Of a stretch of DNA of 43,746 bases, positions 26,356 through 35,082 are shown piece by piece. Where the stretch lies: contig JAFLDI010000001.1 of assembly GCA_017302485.1 (NCBI GenBank), positions 1 through 43,746 on the forward strand, in the 5' to 3' direction. Position 1 is the stretch's first letter. Every line of letters starts with the position of its first letter. The position numbers and the translations under genes were made by a program. This stretch comes from Burkholderiales bacterium (GTDB taxonomy: Bacteria; Pseudomonadota; Gammaproteobacteria; Burkholderiales; Burkholderiaceae_C). The notes below the pieces were generated by a model. That model was given only the letters and a program-made list of their open reading frames with translations. It was not told the origin of the DNA and ran no database searches.

Positions 26356-27822
26356 ATGTCCAAGCCTGCGAAGGTTATCCCCATCATGTCAGTAAGCGCT
26401 GAAGTGGAGGACAGCGCTCAGTTCGTCTCGATGTACCAGAAGCAACCGACGATCTACCCGCGGGCGGAGAAGGGTTGGTTCGCGAACTGGCGCTGGGTGT
26501 TCGTGTGGCTGACGCAGCTGCTGTTCTATGGGTTGCCTTGGCTGCAGTGGAGTGGCCGGCAGGCCGTGCTGTTCGACCTCGATGCCCAGCGCTTCAACAT
26601 CTTCGGCCTGCTGCTCTATCCGCAGGACCTGATCTTCCTGGCGGCACTCCTGGTGCTGTCCGCCTTGGCGCTGTTCTTCTTCACCGCCGTGGCCGGCCGC
26701 CTGTGGTGCGGCTACACCTGTCCGCAGACGGTCTACACCGAGATCTTCATGTGGGCCGAGCGGAAGATCGAGGGAGACCGGGTCGCCCACATGCGCCTGG
26801 ACCAGCAACCGTGGCGGTGGAACAAGATCTGGCGCAAGGGCGCCAAGCACTCGGCGTGGCTGTCGATCGCCTTGTTCACGGGGTTCAGCTTCGTCGGCTA
26901 CTTCACGCCGATCCGCGAGCTCGCAACGGACCTGGCGAGTTGGAACCTGTCGGGATGGAACGCGTTCTGGGTCCTGTTCTACGGCGCCGCCACCTACGGC
27001 AACGCGGGCTTCCTGAGCGAGCAGATGTGCAAGTACATGTGCCCTTACGCGCGTTTCCAGAGTGCATTGATCGACAAGGACTCGCTGATCATCACCTACG
27101 ACGCGAAGCGAGGCGACCCGCGCGGATCGCGCTCGCGCAAGGCGGACTCGGCCGCTCACGGACTTGGTGATTGCATCGACTGCACGCTGTGCGTGCAGGT
27201 GTGTCCCACCGGCATCGACATCCGCAACGGGCTGCAGAACGAATGCATCGGCTGCGCGGCCTGCATCGACGTCTGCAACGACGTGATGGACAAGATGGGC
27301 TATGCCAAAGGGCTCATTCGCTACTCCACGGAGAACGGCGTGGTGAACGGCTGGACGCGGCTGCAGATGTTCAAGCGCGCGCTGCGCCCGCGTGTGCTGA
27401 TCTACGGCGCAGTGCTTTCGGCGGCCAGCGTCACCTTCGCAGCCAGCGTGGCGATGCGCAGCCCGTTCAAGTTCGATGTGGTCAAGGACCGTGGCGCGTT
27501 GGCCCGTGTGGTGGAGGAAGGCGCGGTTGAGAACGTCTACCGCATCCAGATCATGAATCGCACGGAGGCTCCGCAGACCTACCGGGTTGACGCCTCCGGG
27601 ATCGACGGGTTGGAGGTCGTGGCAACGCCTGCCAGTGCCGGCCCGGCTGCCGTGACGTCGATGTCGGTGAGCTTGCGCCTGCCGTTCGTCGTGGCGCAAG
27701 GGCTCGCAGGCCGGTCGGTGCCCGTGATGTTTGCGGCCGCGGGCGTGGAGTCCACCTCCGGCACCAGCGCAGACCGATCGGCCGTCCAGTTCGAGAAGTC
27801 GACGTTCTTCATCCCCCGCTGA
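26356..27822 (+). CDS. ccoG: cytochrome c oxidase accessory Fe-S membrane protein CcoG/FixG
   Basis: GRLWCGYTCPQTV, EQMCKYMCPYARFQ, DCIDCTLCVQVCPTGIDIR and ECIGCAAC motifs, plus a FixG-type C-terminus. Confidence 0.93.
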   Translation: MSKPAKVIPIMSVSAEVEDSAQFVSMYQKQPTIYPRAEKGWFANWRWVFVWLTQLLFYGLPWLQWSGRQAVLFDLDAQRFNIFGLLLYPQDLIFLAALLVLSALALFFFTAVAGRLWCGYTCPQTVYTEIFMWAERKIEGDRVAHMRLDQQPWRWNKIWRKGAKHSAWLSIALFTGFSFVGYFTPIRELATDLASWNLSGWNAFWVLFYGAATYGNAGFLSEQMCKYMCPYARFQSALIDKDSLIITYDAKRGDPRGSRSRKADSAAHGLGDCIDCTLCVQVCPTGIDIRNGLQNECIGCAACIDVCNDVMDKMGYAKGLIRYSTENGVVNGWTRLQMFKRALRPRVLIYGAVLSAASVTFAASVAMRSPFKFDVVKDRGALARVVEEGAVENVYRIQIMNRTEAPQTYRVDASGIDGLEVVATPASAGPAAVTSMSVSLRLPFVVAQGLAGRSVPVMFAAAGVESTSGTSADRSAVQFEKSTFFIPR

Positions 27823-27991
27823 ACTGCGAGGGCCCAAACTGTTGCGCGAAGTCGCGGCGCAGCAGAGCGGACGCGGTAGTGCTCGATTCGTTCGCCGAGC
27901 CTTGACAGGACTGGGTTCGCTCAGCGCTGACAGACCAGCCGACGGGCCCGGCTTGGTCACCTTCGATCGCCACCTTGTGCAGGCCGTTCAG

Positions 27992-28390
27992 TCAGATGCG
28001 TTGCCGGAGCATGCGGTGGGCGGTTGCTGCGATCCCCGCCCACAGCAACGTGCGCAGCGCCATCGCGCCGACGGTTCGCGTCTCGTACGCACCGCCACTC
28101 CATGCATGGACGCCGAAGGCGGCGAAGACCAGACCGGTTGCGGCGGTGATGAAGACGGCCAGCGGTACCGACCAGCGCCGCCGCTGCCAAAGCCCCAGAC
28201 CGCAGGTCACGTAGGCGAACCCGGCGACGAAGTTGAACCAGAGCACGAAGGGCACAATGGCCCCGGCGGCCAGGCGCGCTGCTTCGCCACCGAACAGTGT
28301 GCGACCGCCGGACAGGACCGTCAGCAACCCGAAGAGCACAGCGACCCCTGCCAGTGACTTCAGCAGCCAATCCGCCTTGGATGTGCTCAC
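27992..28390 (-). CDS. small 4-TM membrane protein, last gene of the exporter operon
   Basis: Hydrophobic, VPFVLWFNFVAGFAY. AGGAG lies 7 nt before GTG 28390. Confidence 0.7.
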   Translation of the reverse strand: MSTSKADWLLKSLAGVAVLFGLLTVLSGGRTLFGGEAARLAAGAIVPFVLWFNFVAGFAYVTCGLGLWQRRRWSVPLAVFITAATGLVFAAFGVHAWSGGAYETRTVGAMALRTLLWAGIAATAHRMLRQRI

Positions 28391-28435
28391 GCTCTTGCTC
28401 CTGGTTGACGGCTGGTGCAACCGGGCTGAATCGGG

Positions 28436-29143
28436 TCAGAGGCTCAAGCCTTGCCCCGCCTCTTCTTCGGTCCGGCCGTCGCGAATGTGATAGATCCGCT
28501 TGAAGGTCGGGATGATCTTCTCGTCGTGGGTTACCACGATGATGGCCGTGTGGTACTTCGTGGCCATCTGATTCAGGATGCGCACGACGGCCAGGGCCCG
28601 TTCGCTGTCCAGCGGCGCAGTGGGCTCGTCGGCCAGAATGACCGGCGGCCGGTTCGCCAGGGCGCGCGCGATCGACACGCGCTGCTGCTCGCCGCCGGAC
28701 AGCTCCGAAGGCTGTGCGCCGGCACGGTGGTCGACGTCCAGGGCCTTCAGCAGTTCACGAGCGCGCGTCCGGGCCTCGGTGTTCGGTCGCCCCGCCAACA
28801 TCGGCAGCAGGGCGACGTTGTCGGTCACGTCGAGGAACGGGATCAGGTAGGGCGCCTGAAAGACGAAGCCGATGCTGTCGCGCCGCAGGGCGCGCAGATC
28901 CGTGATCTTCCAGCCGTCGTCGTAGATGGTTTCGCCGCCCAGGACCATCCTGCCGCCACTCGGCTCGATGACCGCGCCCAGGCACTTCAGCAGCGTGCTC
29001 TTGCCCGAGCCGGATGGGCCGATCAGGCCCACCACCTCGCCCGGCGCCACCGTCATGTTCACGTCTTTCAAGGCGTCGACGGCGGTGTCACCCTCGCCGT
29101 AGCGCTTGCGAAGATGCTCGATGCGGATGCCGAGTTCGCCCAC
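28436..29143 (-). CDS. ABC transporter ATP-binding protein (LolD/MacB type)
   Basis: [25 protein letters not shown] and VVTHD motifs. Confidence 0.95.
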   Translation of the reverse strand: MGELGIRIEHLRKRYGEGDTAVDALKDVNMTVAPGEVVGLIGPSGSGKSTLLKCLGAVIEPSGGRMVLGGETIYDDGWKITDLRALRRDSIGFVFQAPYLIPFLDVTDNVALLPMLAGRPNTEARTRARELLKALDVDHRAGAQPSELSGGEQQRVSIARALANRPPVILADEPTAPLDSERALAVVRILNQMATKYHTAIIVVTHDEKIIPTFKRIYHIRDGRTEEEAGQGLSL

Positions 29144-29144
29144 C

Positions 29145-30371
29145 TCAGCCTCCGATCGCCGCGGCCGGGTCGACCTTCAGCGCGACGCGGATCGCCAGCG
29201 TGCTGGCCAGCGCGCAGATCACCACCACCGCCACCAGTCCGCGCACCGCGTCGCCCGGCTCCAGCAGCACGTACTTCGGGAAGATCGGGGCCCAGAAGGT
29301 GGCCGCCACCTTGCCAACCACGAAGCCGATCAGGCCCAGGCCCAGTGCCTGCTGCAGGATCATGCCGGCGATGGTGCGGTTGCGCGTGCCGATCAGCTTG
29401 AGCACCGCGATCTCGCGGATCTTGCCCAGCGTCATCGTGTAGATGATGAAGGCCACGATGGCCGCGCTGACGATGGCCAGGATCACCAGGAACATGCCGA
29501 TCTGCCTGGCCGACGTCGCGATCAGCTTGGCCACGAGGATCTCTTCCATCTGCTCGCGCGTGAAGGCTTCCAGGTGCTTCCATCGGCGCACCGGTTCGGC
29601 CACCGCCTCGGCGTCGATGCCGGGCTGCACCTGCACGAGGATGGCGTTGACGTTGCGGTTGTTGGCCTGCGACGCCTGGATCGCCTCCAGCAGCCCCGGC
29701 ACGCCCGGTCGGTTCAGGCTCGGGTTGGCCGCGGTGCGGGCGCGCTCGTTGACGATGGCGTCGTTGTCCTTCAGGAACTGCGCTTCCTGAGCGTCCTTCA
29801 GCGGGATGAAGACCATCGGGTCGCCCCCCGACGACACCATGCGCCGCGTCAGTCCGACGACCGTGTAGTCGTGGCGGCGGATGCGGATGCGTTCGCCCAG
29901 GATGAAGCCCGTGCGCACGTCGGCCACGGCTTCGTAGTGGCTGCGCGTGATCTGCCGGCCAGCCACCAGGTAGCCTGGCTCGCCCGGCTGGCCGGGCTCG
30001 AAGCCAACCACCATCGCGCGCACATCGTCATCACCGCTGCCCGCCGGCGCCAGGCCGCTGACCGAGGCGCGCCGCACCTGCATCGTCAGGTAGGTCACGT
30101 TGGCGGCGCGCACCACGCCGGGCAGTCCGAGCACACTGCGCACAGCGTCGTCGCGCAGGCTCGACGATTCCGCGTAAGGTCCCTGCGTGTCCTGCTGCAC
30201 CACCCACAGGTCGGCGCCGCTGTTGTTGAGCAGCGCCCGCGCGTCGTCCACCATGCCGCGGTATACCCCCGCCATGGTCAGGGTCACGCCGATTAGCAGG
30301 CCCAGGCCGATGCCGGTCAGCACGAACTTGCTCCAGGAGTGCAGGATGTCCCTGCCGGCCAGGCTGATCAC
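29145..30371 (-). CDS. ABC transporter permease (MacB/FtsX type)
   Basis: N-terminal TM, large periplasmic domain, REIAVLKLIG motif, three C-terminal TMs, ending VDPAAA. Confidence 0.9.
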   Translation of the reverse strand: MISLAGRDILHSWSKFVLTGIGLGLLIGVTLTMAGVYRGMVDDARALLNNSGADLWVVQQDTQGPYAESSSLRDDAVRSVLGLPGVVRAANVTYLTMQVRRASVSGLAPAGSGDDDVRAMVVGFEPGQPGEPGYLVAGRQITRSHYEAVADVRTGFILGERIRIRRHDYTVVGLTRRMVSSGGDPMVFIPLKDAQEAQFLKDNDAIVNERARTAANPSLNRPGVPGLLEAIQASQANNRNVNAILVQVQPGIDAEAVAEPVRRWKHLEAFTREQMEEILVAKLIATSARQIGMFLVILAIVSAAIVAFIIYTMTLGKIREIAVLKLIGTRNRTIAGMILQQALGLGLIGFVVGKVAATFWAPIFPKYVLLEPGDAVRGLVAVVVICALASTLAIRVALKVDPAAAIGG

Positions 30372-31558
30372 GGCTGCCGCCCTGCGAGTGCGTCGACCAC
30401 GGTGATGCGGCTGCGCTCGCCGAGTTCCTTCTCGCTGTGCACGACGACGGTCGTGCCGGGCTTGATGCCGTCGAGCACCTGGACCTGACCGTCCAGGCTT
30501 GCCTGGCCGACGCGCAATGGCACGAATCGCAAGGTGCCGGCGTCGAGCACCCAGACGCCGGCCTGCGCCTGGCGGCGCTTGATGGCGGCATTGGGAAGCA
30601 GCACCGCCTTCGCGGTCGGCGGTAGCGACAGGGTCACCTCCGCCAGTTCACCCACCGACAGGCCAGCGGGCACCTGGTCGAAGCCGATCTGCGCCACGCG
30701 TTCCTCTGTCACGCTGTCGCTGAGGGCCTCGACGCGGGCGACCTTGCCGGGGAGGGGGCGGCCTGGGTTCGAGCGCAGGACGATCTGAGCAGGCAGGCCC
30801 ACCGCCAAGCCGCCCGAGCGCGCTTGGTCCAAACGCACCTTGACCCATAGCGACGAGGGCTCGATCACGCGCAGCACCGCCTGCCCGGCCACGACCGTCG
30901 AGCCCGGCTCGGCATCGCGGCTGGTGACGACGCCGTCGGCAGGGGCCAGCAGGCGCACGTTCGCTCGCTGCTGGCGCAGGCCGGCGCGTTCGGCCGCCAG
31001 GCGCTGCTGGTCCTGCCGGGCTGCGGCCAGGTTGGCTTCGGCCGCGGTGACGAGGGCGTCAGCCGACGCCTGCTCCTGCAGCCGTGCCTCGACGGCACCG
31101 GTGCTGATGAAGTTCTGCCGGCCCAGTTCCACGTAGCGGCGCGCATTGACGGCCGCCAGTTCCCTGCGCGCCAGCGCGTCGCGGCGCTGCGCCTCGGCAG
31201 CGGCCATGGCGCTGCCGGCACGCGCGACCGAGGCGTCAAGCGCGGCGGTGCGTTCGTCCAGGTCCACCGGGTCCATCTCGGCCAGCGGCTGGCCGGCCTT
31301 GACCGTGTCGCCCACATCGACGGCCACCGACCGAACCCGGCCGGCCGCGGTCGGCCCGATGAGATAGCTGCGCCGGGCCTCGACCGTGCCGATGCCGAAC
31401 AGTTGAGGGGTGATCTGGCCCTCGGCCGCCTGTACGACCGTGACACGTATCGGCGCCAACGGCCCGGACCGCATGACCACGTAGGCCATGGCCACGACCA
31501 GCAGGACGCCGAGCCCGATCAGCGCGAGGCGGCGCGATCGGATCGATGAGGCTTTCAT
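30368..31558 (-). CDS. efflux periplasmic adaptor (membrane fusion protein)
   Basis: N-terminal anchor, lipoyl-like VDVGDTVKAGQPL and LLAPADGVV halves, coiled-coil hairpin. Confidence 0.9.
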   Translation of the reverse strand: MKASSIRSRRLALIGLGVLLVVAMAYVVMRSGPLAPIRVTVVQAAEGQITPQLFGIGTVEARRSYLIGPTAAGRVRSVAVDVGDTVKAGQPLAEMDPVDLDERTAALDASVARAGSAMAAAEAQRRDALARRELAAVNARRYVELGRQNFISTGAVEARLQEQASADALVTAAEANLAAARQDQQRLAAERAGLRQQRANVRLLAPADGVVTSRDAEPGSTVVAGQAVLRVIEPSSLWVKVRLDQARSGGLAVGLPAQIVLRSNPGRPLPGKVARVEALSDSVTEERVAQIGFDQVPAGLSVGELAEVTLSLPPTAKAVLLPNAAIKRRQAQAGVWVLDAGTLRFVPLRVGQASLDGQVQVLDGIKPGTTVVVHSEKELGERSRITVVDALAGRQP

Positions 31559-32154
31559 CGCGCCTCCCCGAGGCCGCGCCGGTAGAGCTCGAAGATGGCG
31601 GTGGCCTGCTGGCGCATGGCCGCGGGTTTGCCGGTCAGCATCGATTGCATGACAAGACCCTGGACCAGGCCGATGAAGCTGGTGGCCGCGGCTTCGGGGT
31701 CCAGGTCCGGGCTGACCTGTCGCTGGTCGATCGATTCGGCCAGTTGGCCGAGCAGCAGCTTGCGGTAGCCCTGGAGCAGGCCACGCACCTCGAGCTTGGC
31801 CGCCGAGTCGGCGGGTTGCTGGAGTTCGTGGAAGATGAAGCGAGGCACGCCCGGATGCGCGATGACGAACTCGACATGTGCCCGGAACATCGCGGCCAGA
31901 GCGTCCAGGGGTGTGGCGGCTTCGTCCGCTGCGGCTTGCAGCTTCTGCAGCAGGGTTTCGCGCACCCAGCGCATGGCGGCCAGCCAGATCGCGTCCTTGG
32001 TGGGAAAGTGCTTGAACACTGCACCCTGCGTGACGCCGATCGCCGCGGCGATGTCGCCGGTGGTGATCAGCGCAGGGCTCGATTCGCGTGCCAGACGCAG
32101 GGCGGCTTCGACGATCTCGGCCTGGCGTTCTTCCGTGGAGAGGCGGGTCTGCAT
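31555..32154 (-). CDS. TetR/AcrR family regulator
   Basis: ERQAEIVEAA...ITTGDIAAAIGVTQGAVFKHFPTKD HTH. ATG 32154 is preferred because 32187 lies inside the operator-like repeat. Confidence 0.92.
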   Translation of the reverse strand: MQTRLSTEERQAEIVEAALRLARESSPALITTGDIAAAIGVTQGAVFKHFPTKDAIWLAAMRWVRETLLQKLQAAADEAATPLDALAAMFRAHVEFVIAHPGVPRFIFHELQQPADSAAKLEVRGLLQGYRKLLLGQLAESIDQRQVSPDLDPEAAATSFIGLVQGLVMQSMLTGKPAAMRQQATAIFELYRRGLGEAR

Positions 32155-32170
32155 GCTGGTCAGCGCATTC

Positions 32171-32192
32171 GGTAAGTCATCAGACACTTACC
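32171..32192. promoter_or_regulatory. candidate TetR operator GGTAAGT-N8-ACTTACC
   Basis: Perfect 7-bp inverted repeat 17 nt upstream of the tetR start, in a divergent intergenic region. Confidence 0.7.
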
Positions 32193-32339
32193 ACTATACT
32201 CCGATTGAGACATACCCACTGCTGTATCGAGAAGTGCACGTCGACCGCCGCTGCGCGACACTGGCGGCATGCACCTGTCGGCGCGGCAGGCGGGACTGTC
32301 TTCCGGCCATTTCGGCCACAACGACACGGAAGGTCTGAG

Positions 32340-32750
32340 ATTTACGGATTCACCACCACGCTCACGGGCCTGTCCTTCGACGACGCCCTGGCCAAGACCA
32401 CGGCGGCACTCAAGGCCGAAGGGTTCGGCGTGCTGAGCGACATCGATGTCCAGCGCGCGATGAAGGAGAAGCTGGGCGCCGACATGCTGCCCTACCGCAT
32501 CCTGGGCGCCTGCAATCCGCCGCTGGCACACCAGGCCTTGCAGGCCGAGCCGGACATCGGTCTGCTGCTGCCGTGCAATGTGATCGTCCGCGAGGAGGCC
32601 CCCGGCCGCGTCGTGGTCGGCTTCCTGGATCCGCAGACCATGGTCGGTCTGGTCGGCAAGCCGGGTATGAAGACGGTCGCGGACGATGCGGAAAGCCGGC
32701 TGCGCCGCGTCTGCGAAGCCCTGGGTGGCGGACCCCCGTTGGCGGTCTGA
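32340..32750 (+). CDS. DUF302 domain protein, apparent ATT start codon
   Basis: EGFGVLSDIDV, YRILGACNP and IGLLLPCNV motifs. GGAAGG-6nt-ATT precedes YGFTTTL, with no in-frame ATG/GTG/TTG nearby. Confidence 0.8.
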   Translation: MYGFTTTLTGLSFDDALAKTTAALKAEGFGVLSDIDVQRAMKEKLGADMLPYRILGACNPPLAHQALQAEPDIGLLLPCNVIVREEAPGRVVVGFLDPQTMVGLVGKPGMKTVADDAESRLRRVCEALGGGPPLAV

Positions 32751-32802
32751 GACGCGCGCTGCCGCTCGGATTCGATCGGAACTGTCGCGGTAACCTCGGC
32801 TG

Positions 32803-33849
32803 GTGCAGCCCAAGGACATCGTCATCGTCACGCCCGCGTTGGCTGACGCGAACAACGGCAACTGGCAGACGGCCCGACGCTGGGCCCGCATGCTGCGCGG
32901 TTCGTACAACGTTCGCCTGGCGTCGGACTGGCATGGCGGCGACGAAGCGCTCATGATCGCGTTGCACGCCCGCCGTTCCGCCTCTTCGGTGACCGCCTGG
33001 CGGGCGCGCCGTGCCCACTGTCCGATGATCGTGGCGCTGACCGGCACTGACCTGTACCGCGACATCGCCACTGACGAGACTGCACGGTCATCGCTGGAGG
33101 CAGCCGACCGACTGATCGTCCTGAACGAACTGGGCATCCGATCCTTGCCGCAGGCCCTTCGGGCGAAGGCGCGGGTGATCCTGCAGTCGTGCCCAGCCTG
33201 GCGGCGGCTCGACAAGACATCGAAGCACCTGCGCGCGGTCATGGTCGGCCACCTGCGCGAGGAGAAGTCGCCAGGGACGTACTTCGAAGCGGCGCGGACG
33301 CTGGCATCGCGTCCCGAGATCCTGCTCGACCATGTCGGCGCGGCGTTGGGTCCGCATTTGGGTCTCGAAGCTGCGGAGTTGATGCGGGCCTGCCTCCAGT
33401 ACCGCTGGCTCGGCGGCCTGCCACACGCGAGTGCGCGCCGGAGAATCCAGGGCGCGCATGTGCTGGTCCATCCCAGCCGCATGGAGGGCGGCGCGCACGT
33501 GGTCATCGAGGCCGTTCGCAGCGGCACGCCCGTGCTGGCCTCTCGCATCGATGGGAACGTGGGCCTGCTCGGTGAAGACTACGCGGGCTACTTCCCGGTG
33601 GGCGATGCCGCCGGCCTCTCCACCTTGCTGCAGCGGGTTCGGGACGAACCTGCGTTGCTGACCCGGCTCCAGGAACAGTGCGCGGAGCGTGCCGCGCTTT
33701 TCGATCCGGCGCGCGAGGCCGACTCCTTGCGCGGCGTTGTTCGCGAGCTCATGGATGGCACTGAGGTGCGGACCGACCGGGAGCAGCCGGGAAACAGACC
33801 TGTCGCCCTCGGGAGACGCTCGCCCAAGGCTGCGGGATCGTTGCCATGA
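32803..33849 (+). CDS. senB: SenB-type selenosugar synthase (GT-B glycosyltransferase, TIGR04348-like)
   Basis: IVTPALADANNGNWQTARRW, IALHARRS, LTGTDLYRD, VGHLREEKSP, SRMEGGAHV and GLLGEDYAGYF motifs are characteristic of SenB as I recall it. Confidence 0.85.
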   Translation: MQPKDIVIVTPALADANNGNWQTARRWARMLRGSYNVRLASDWHGGDEALMIALHARRSASSVTAWRARRAHCPMIVALTGTDLYRDIATDETARSSLEAADRLIVLNELGIRSLPQALRAKARVILQSCPAWRRLDKTSKHLRAVMVGHLREEKSPGTYFEAARTLASRPEILLDHVGAALGPHLGLEAAELMRACLQYRWLGGLPHASARRRIQGAHVLVHPSRMEGGAHVVIEAVRSGTPVLASRIDGNVGLLGEDYAGYFPVGDAAGLSTLLQRVRDEPALLTRLQEQCAERAALFDPAREADSLRGVVRELMDGTEVRTDREQPGNRPVALGRRSPKAAGSLP

Positions 33850-34469
33850 CGGGGTCCCGTCACCCGAGCTTTCCGTTGGCGCTGCTGCCGTGCCTCTCCG
33901 GACTGGAACTGCAGCCGGCGCAGTGGCTGTTCCGGGCGGGCACGCCACCCCGCTACATCCACTTCATCGAAGAGGGCGCCGTTCGCCTGGTGCGGCATGG
34001 CCGCCAGGGCGAGGAGGTGGTGCTCCACGATGCCCGTCCGGGCGAGCTTCTGGCGGAGGCTTCGCTGGACAGCTTGCGCTACCACTGCGACGTGGTTGCC
34101 TCTGAAGCCAGCGTCGTCCTGCGCGTCGCCAAGGCCGACTTCCAGCGGCTGCTGACCGACGACGCGGCGTTCGAGCGCACCTGGATCGCCCTGCTTGGAG
34201 CGCAGCTGCGCACGGCACGAACGCGCATCGAGCGGCTGTCGCTGCGCAGCGCCGAAGAACGCATCCGGCACCTCCTGCTCTCCGAAGGCCGCGGTCCGGG
34301 CTGCGAGCTGGTGGTCGCCGGCACCCTCAAGGATCTGGCGCGGCAACTGGGACTGACCCACGAATCGCTGTACCGGACGCTGGCGCGGATGCAGAAGGAT
34401 GGTGTCATCGACCGCCGGGGCCTGCGGCTGCGACTGACGCCGGGCGGGGCCTCGAAGCGTATGATTTGA
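33846..34469 (+). CDS. Crp/Fnr family transcriptional regulator
   Basis: cNMP-like EEGAVRLVR...GELLAEASL domain and C-terminal HTH LKDLARQLGLTHESLYRTL. No FNR N-terminal Cys cluster. ATGA overlap with senB. Confidence 0.88.
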   Translation: MTGSRHPSFPLALLPCLSGLELQPAQWLFRAGTPPRYIHFIEEGAVRLVRHGRQGEEVVLHDARPGELLAEASLDSLRYHCDVVASEASVVLRVAKADFQRLLTDDAAFERTWIALLGAQLRTARTRIERLSLRSAEERIRHLLLSEGRGPGCELVVAGTLKDLARQLGLTHESLYRTLARMQKDGVIDRRGLRLRLTPGGASKRMI

Positions 34470-34475
34470 ATCATA
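34460..34475. promoter_or_regulatory. Crp/Fnr-type palindrome TATGAT-TTGA-ATCATA
   Basis: Perfect 6-4-6 inverted repeat overlapping the regulator's stop codon, centred 42.5 nt before ATG 34510. Confidence 0.65.
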
Positions 34476-34509
34476 TGCCTTGCTGGCGCAGCGACTGCAA
34501 GATGCCGGC

Positions 34510-35031
34510 ATGAGTCGTCGGAAGTCCGTACCCTTGAAGCTCCTGTCCGCCGCAGCGGTAGCGATCCATGCCGGCTGCGCAGCACCCTCCGGTGATCATG
34601 TGGCCCATGTCCATCCGTCGAGCCCCGCTGCCCCCGTCGGCATGGCGCACTCGCAGGCCGACGACCCGCGCGTGATGGTGCGCTTCCCCGACATGCTGCG
34701 GGCACACACCCTGGCCAACATGCGCGATCACCTGCTCGCGCTGGCGGAGATCCAGGACCAGCTGGCACGCGGCGCCTTTGACAAGGCCAGCGACATCGCC
34801 GAACAGCGGCTGGGCATGTCGTCGCTCGGCCTTCACGGCGCACACGACGTGGCGCAGTTCATGCCCCAGGGCATGCAGGCGGCCGGCACGGCGATGCACC
34901 GCAGCGCGAGCCAGTTCGCCATCGTGGCCAAGGACGCCTCCGTGACCGGTGACCTCAAGGGCAGCGTCGCGGCACTGGCCAGGGTGACGCAGACCTGCGT
35001 GGCTTGCCACGCGGCCTATCGCATCCAGTAG
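34510..35031 (+). CDS. class II (c'-like) cytochrome c, possibly a lipoprotein
   Basis: Single C-terminal heme motif TCVACHAAYR in a helical protein. N-terminal signal with lipobox-like HAG-C. Confidence 0.8.
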   Translation: MSRRKSVPLKLLSAAAVAIHAGCAAPSGDHVAHVHPSSPAAPVGMAHSQADDPRVMVRFPDMLRAHTLANMRDHLLALAEIQDQLARGAFDKASDIAEQRLGMSSLGLHGAHDVAQFMPQGMQAAGTAMHRSASQFAIVAKDASVTGDLKGSVAALARVTQTCVACHAAYRIQ

Positions 35032-35082
35032 CCCCGGTTCACCTTGCGTGGCGGGGTCTTCGTGTGCCCGCCGCGGCGCGGG

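Noticed and set aside
32803-33849. Complete selenoneine (senABC) cluster
   Set aside because: No EgtB/SenA-like or SelD-like ORF is present anywhere in the window.
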